From positions 1,166-65,165 of the forward strand of contig VYFG01000129.1 in assembly GCA_009842505.1 (NCBI GenBank): a stretch of 64,000 nucleotides of DNA, read 5' to 3'. The stretch's first letter is position 1. The number at the start of each line of letters is the position of its first letter. A model generated the notes under the pieces. It had not been told where the DNA came from, did no database searches, and saw nothing but the letters and a program-made list of their open reading frames with translations. The position numbers were made by a program, and so were the translations under genes. The DNA comes from Gammaproteobacteria bacterium (GTDB lineage: Bacteria > Pseudomonadota > Gammaproteobacteria > Arenicellales > Poriferihabitantaceae). Shown here in pieces: positions 60,752 to 64,000 of the stretch.

Positions 60752-61536
60752 GTCCCCTTGCCCTCGTCCAGTTCCCTGGCCCTGTCGACCGTGGTGTCCA
60801 TGTCCTTGTAGGTCGCCAGCACCGCGGCAACGAACCTGCGGTAGATCGGGTGCTTGATGTCCGCCCCCTTGAGCACCGTGACATCCTTCTGTTTCGCCGT
60901 GGAGATGTTATCCATGATCTGCCCCATCAGCTTCAGTTCCCTGCAGGTCCGATTGAGCAGGAACATGGCGCCGAGAAACGCGATGATGATCGAGATCCCC
61001 GCGGCAATGGAGTTGACGGCAAACAGGCGGCGAGCCTGTTCCTCTATTCTCTGGTCCAGAAATTCCCGGGAATACCGGAGCACCAGGGAACCGACATGCT
61101 GGCCGAGGTTGTTCCTGATTGAAGTACCGACCACTACGGCGTCATGGTCCTGGGTCGACCAGGACGCGTTGTTGGAATTCAGGCGCCACGTGCTGATCCA
61201 TTCCTCCGGAACCAGGTCCCCCAGGGAACTCGAGTCGGAGCTGTAAAGGACCACACCGAATTCATCGAACACCTCGATGGACAGGATCTGGCGGTCATCC
61301 AGGGCATACGTCTCCAGCACTTCCGTGATTTCGAGATTTTCCAGCACAAGGCCCAGGTCCATCTGGTTCTCGACGTCATTCCTGATCTCGCTCGTTACGA
61401 ATTCGAACCGGGAAGTCAGCAGCTGCGAAAATGTCTGCCCGAACTTGTGCACGCTAAGTGCGCTGGTCGTGACGATGCCCAGTATCAGGATCGGCACCAG
61501 GAGCAACGCAACGCGGAATGCGAAACCGAAAAACAT
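60748..61536 (-). CDS. Two-TM membrane protein with an extracytoplasmic domain resembling the N-terminus of the downstream HAMP-MFS protein
   Basis: 262 aa. TM1 is FAFRVALLLVPILILGIVTTSAL, the loop is about 165 aa and TM2 is LFAVNSIAAGISIIIAFLGAMFLL, followed by a 60-aa tail. It is the first gene of the five-gene minus-strand operon. Confidence 0.55.
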   Translation of the reverse strand: MFFGFAFRVALLLVPILILGIVTTSALSVHKFGQTFSQLLTSRFEFVTSEIRNDVENQMDLGLVLENLEITEVLETYALDDRQILSIEVFDEFGVVLYSSDSSSLGDLVPEEWISTWRLNSNNASWSTQDHDAVVVGTSIRNNLGQHVGSLVLRYSREFLDQRIEEQARRLFAVNSIAAGISIIIAFLGAMFLLNRTCRELKLMGQIMDNISTAKQKDVTVLKGADIKHPIYRRFVAAVLATYKDMDTTVDRARELDEGKGT

Positions 61537-62080
61537 CTGCTACTTCCCCATGGCGCCCGGGAGTGGATTGCCGGCACCTCGGGCGGGAGAGCTTCCTGAC
61601 GGAACGGGATGACAAATGCTCTCCGCCTGCGCAACTCTGGAATGCTGACGGATTTCGGAAAGCAAGATCATGATGGGGTTGGGATTATATTATTCAGCCG
61701 TGTTCCGGCCAGTCGGGCCAAAACCTGACGCAACGAGGTCGCAACAACCTTGCCAATGGGATACCCAGGACTGTTCCAGTTACTAACGCACACTGTATCG
61801 GACAAACGGCACGGATAGCAAGGGCAATTGTAACCCGCCAACCCCCCGGCAAGACCTCCTGTCCGGACACCCGGATCCGGCCGGGAATGGTGACGGAACA
61901 TGCCGGGCGGCTGTCCCGGCAAGGTCCCTGGCTTCTCCCCGCGGCGCATTCGATTCCGCCCCCGGATGGTTTTCCCGGCACCGGCAGTCCGTAAAATGGC
62001 CGCGAACCGGCTTTCAATATGACCGCCGACATACTCTAAGATATACTTTGGCATCGCAAGATTCCCGAAAGTCCGTACCA

Positions 62081-63577
62081 ATGACCACGGAAACGCCGAG
62101 GCCAAGTTCTTCCGCGGCGGGCGAAAAAACAACTGCGGGCGCACGCCTTTTTGCCGACTACCAGGTCCATCCGTCCTGTTACGACGAGATGTTCAGGGCC
62201 AGCGGCATACCGCACGACCATTGCCAGGAACTGTGGAAGGCGCTCGATGCCATGTCCCGCACCGACATCAAGGTCATGCAGGAACGTGCCGAAAGGTCCT
62301 TCCTGCACGAGGGGATCACGTTTGCCGTTTACGGAGATGAGAGTGCGCAGGAGCGGATCATCCCGATCGACCTGCTGCCGAGGATACTCGACGCCGGGAC
62401 CTGGGATTTCATCGAGCGGGGACTGCGCCAGCGGATCAAGGCCCTGAATCTGTTCCTCGCGGACGTCTACGGACCGGCCCGGATTCTTACCGACGGCGTC
62501 CTGCCGGGCGAACTGGTCTACAGCTGCCCCCAGTACCGCATTGAAATGCGCGGGGTGGAGGTGCCGCATGGCGCATACGTTTCACTTTGCGGGACAGACA
62601 TTGTCCGGACGCACGACGGCTTCATGGTGCTCGAAGACAACTTGCGCGTGCCGTCCGGGGTGTCATACATGCTGGCAAACCGCAGGGCACTGAAAGCCAG
62701 TTTCCGGAACCTGTTCCGACAGCACCGCGTGCGCGGCATCGAGGACTACGGTCTGCTGCTTCTCCAGACCCTGAAGGAACTGGCCCCTCCCGACATTTCC
62801 AACCCCTGTATTGTCCTTCTGACCCCGGGCGTCTACAACTCGGCATTCTACGAGCACATGTTCCTTGCCCGCGAAATGGGGATTGAACTTGTGCAGGGCA
62901 AGGATCTGCTGGTCCATGACGGTTTCGTCTACATGCGAACGACCGGCGGACTGCGCCGTGTGGACGTGATATACCGCAGGGTTGATGACGATTTTCTGGA
63001 TCCCCTGGCTTTCCGTCCCGACTCGCAACTGGGTGTGCCCGGCCTGTTTTACGCCTACCGGCTGGGAAATGTGGTCATCGCCAACGCCCCGGGTACGGGG
63101 GTTGCCGACGACAAGAGCGTATACCCCTTCGTCCCTGACATGATCCGATACTATCTGGGAGAGGACCCGTTGCTCGCCAATGTTGAAACCCATCTCTGCC
63201 GGCAGCCTGAAGGCCTGGAATACACCCTCGACAATCTCGAGCATCTGGTCGTGAAGATGGTCGGCGAATCGGGGGGATACGGCATGCTGGTCGGGCCCCA
63301 TGCAACACCCGACGAACGCGCCGAATATGCGCGGGAGATTCGCAAGGATCCGTCCAATTTCATCTCCCAGCCCACCCTCGACCTTTCCTGCGCGCCCTGC
63401 CTGACGGGCGACGGGGTTGCGCCAAGACATGTTGATCTGCGCCCTTTCGTACTGCATGGCCAGAACACGCGGCTGGTGCCCGGCGCATTCTGCCGGGTCG
63501 CCCTCACCCCTGGCTCCCTGGTTGTAAACTCCAGTCAGGGCGGTGGCGGCAAGGATTTCTGGGTGCTTTCCTCCTGA
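62081..63577 (+). CDS. Circularly permuted ATP-grasp protein (CP_ATPgrasp type 2 family)
   Basis: About 498 aa from the ATG at 62081 (track TTG start at 62048). YDEMF...ERSFLHEGITFAVYGD...IIPIDLLPRIL and ...GGYGMLVGP segments fit the family. It is followed by an alpha-E gene. Confidence 0.8.
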   Translation: MTTETPRPSSSAAGEKTTAGARLFADYQVHPSCYDEMFRASGIPHDHCQELWKALDAMSRTDIKVMQERAERSFLHEGITFAVYGDESAQERIIPIDLLPRILDAGTWDFIERGLRQRIKALNLFLADVYGPARILTDGVLPGELVYSCPQYRIEMRGVEVPHGAYVSLCGTDIVRTHDGFMVLEDNLRVPSGVSYMLANRRALKASFRNLFRQHRVRGIEDYGLLLLQTLKELAPPDISNPCIVLLTPGVYNSAFYEHMFLAREMGIELVQGKDLLVHDGFVYMRTTGGLRRVDVIYRRVDDDFLDPLAFRPDSQLGVPGLFYAYRLGNVVIANAPGTGVADDKSVYPFVPDMIRYYLGEDPLLANVETHLCRQPEGLEYTLDNLEHLVVKMVGESGGYGMLVGPHATPDERAEYAREIRKDPSNFISQPTLDLSCAPCLTGDGVAPRHVDLRPFVLHGQNTRLVPGAFCRVALTPGSLVVNSSQGGGGKDFWVLSS

Positions 63578-63587
63578 CCGTATCGAC

Positions 63588-64000
63588 ATGCTGTCGCACA
63601 ACGCCCAGGGACTGTACTGGATCGGCCGGTACCTCGAGCGGGCGGAGCATGGCTGCCGCCTGCTCGCGGACCAGCTCGAAGCCCTCCAGGACCGGCCGGT
63701 GGACGATATCGACCGCATGTGGCGGCGCCTGTATGCAAGCCTGAAGCGCAGCCCGGCGGGCGGCAGCCTGGAATCCAACCTGAGCGATGAGGAATTCATG
63801 CTGGCGGATTCCTTTACGCTCGCCGACGACCTGACTTTCGAACCGAGCAATCCTGGAGCCATCCGGAACTGCGTGGCATCCGCGCGCGAGAATGCCCGCC
63901 AGGTCCGAAACTCGATCGGGAAGGACATGTGGTACTGCCTCAACACCGTTCATCTGGAACTGTCCGGCATCGGGATCGGGGACATCTGGAACAATCAGCC
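63588..64000 (+). CDS. Alpha-E domain protein (DUF403), 5' part only (runs off the window)
   Basis: My own translation from the ATG at 63588 gives MLSHNAQGLYWIGRYLERAEHGCRLLADQLEAL..., the family-typical N-terminus. It stays open to the window end and is not in the ORF track. Confidence 0.75.
   Translation, partial: MLSHNAQGLYWIGRYLERAEHGCRLLADQLEALQDRPVDDIDRMWRRLYASLKRSPAGGSLESNLSDEEFMLADSFTLADDLTFEPSNPGAIRNCVASARENARQVRNSIGKDMWYCLNTVHLELSGIGIGDIWNNQ

Noticed and set aside
61941-61975. tRNA/tmRNA 3'-end fragment (attR of an ssrA-integrated island)
   Set aside because: It contains a TTCGATTCC T-loop-like motif and loose similarity to the ssrA end (about 27/41 by eye). It is not an exact direct repeat and does not fold into a proper T-arm. 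I kept it only as a weak pointer inside the island finding.
62046-62060. Sigma-54 promoter-like TGGCATCGCAAGATT upstream of the ATP-grasp gene
   Set aside because: The -12 element is absent at the required spacing (GC should be 10 nt after GG; the sequence there is TT). It also overlaps the candidate TTG start.

Overview
The window reads as a high-GC chromosomal segment with gammaproteobacterial gene order, for example hemA-prfA-prmC, TPR-lolB-ispE-tRNA(Gln)-prs-rplY-pth-ychF and ratA/smpB-ssrA. This taxonomic placement is inference. Most of it is housekeeping. It includes a gcvT-gcvH-gcvP-lipA operon, an AapJQMP-type amino-acid ABC transporter, an OmpR/HK two-component pair, pnp-rpsO, asd and a serA-serC-DUF1015 operon. 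It also carries an orphan NorD/CbbO-like VWA protein, a CDF transporter and cobS-cobT. A sigma-54/NtrC-type promoter sits in front of glnK-amtB, followed by hemH, dtd-aceK, dksA and smpB-ssrA. Two regions are not ordinary. (1) A 1,292-bp tnpB-only element at 15525-16816 has 24-bp terminal inverted repeats and an 8-bp flanking direct repeat. That end structure is not the one described for IS200/IS605. It is inserted exactly on the start codon of an HTH membrane-protein gene. (2) A block of about 11 kb and visibly lower GC lies directly 3' of ssrA (about 50.9-62.0 kb). It encodes a second ammonium transporter without GlnK, a STAS protein and a PLP decarboxylase. It also holds a five-gene minus-strand operon. 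That operon encodes a small two-TM sensor-like protein, a sensor-HAMP-MFS fusion, an orphan periplasmic binding protein, a HAMP-PP2C (RsbU-like) phosphatase and an RsbW-like kinase. This is a complete partner-switching set with no sigma factor in sight. The window ends in a circularly permuted ATP-grasp / alpha-E pair. I found no CRISPR array, rRNA or integrase. Many long ORFs in the track are antisense or alternate-frame artefacts of the high GC content. All calls rest on reading the translations and sequence by eye; no searches were run.
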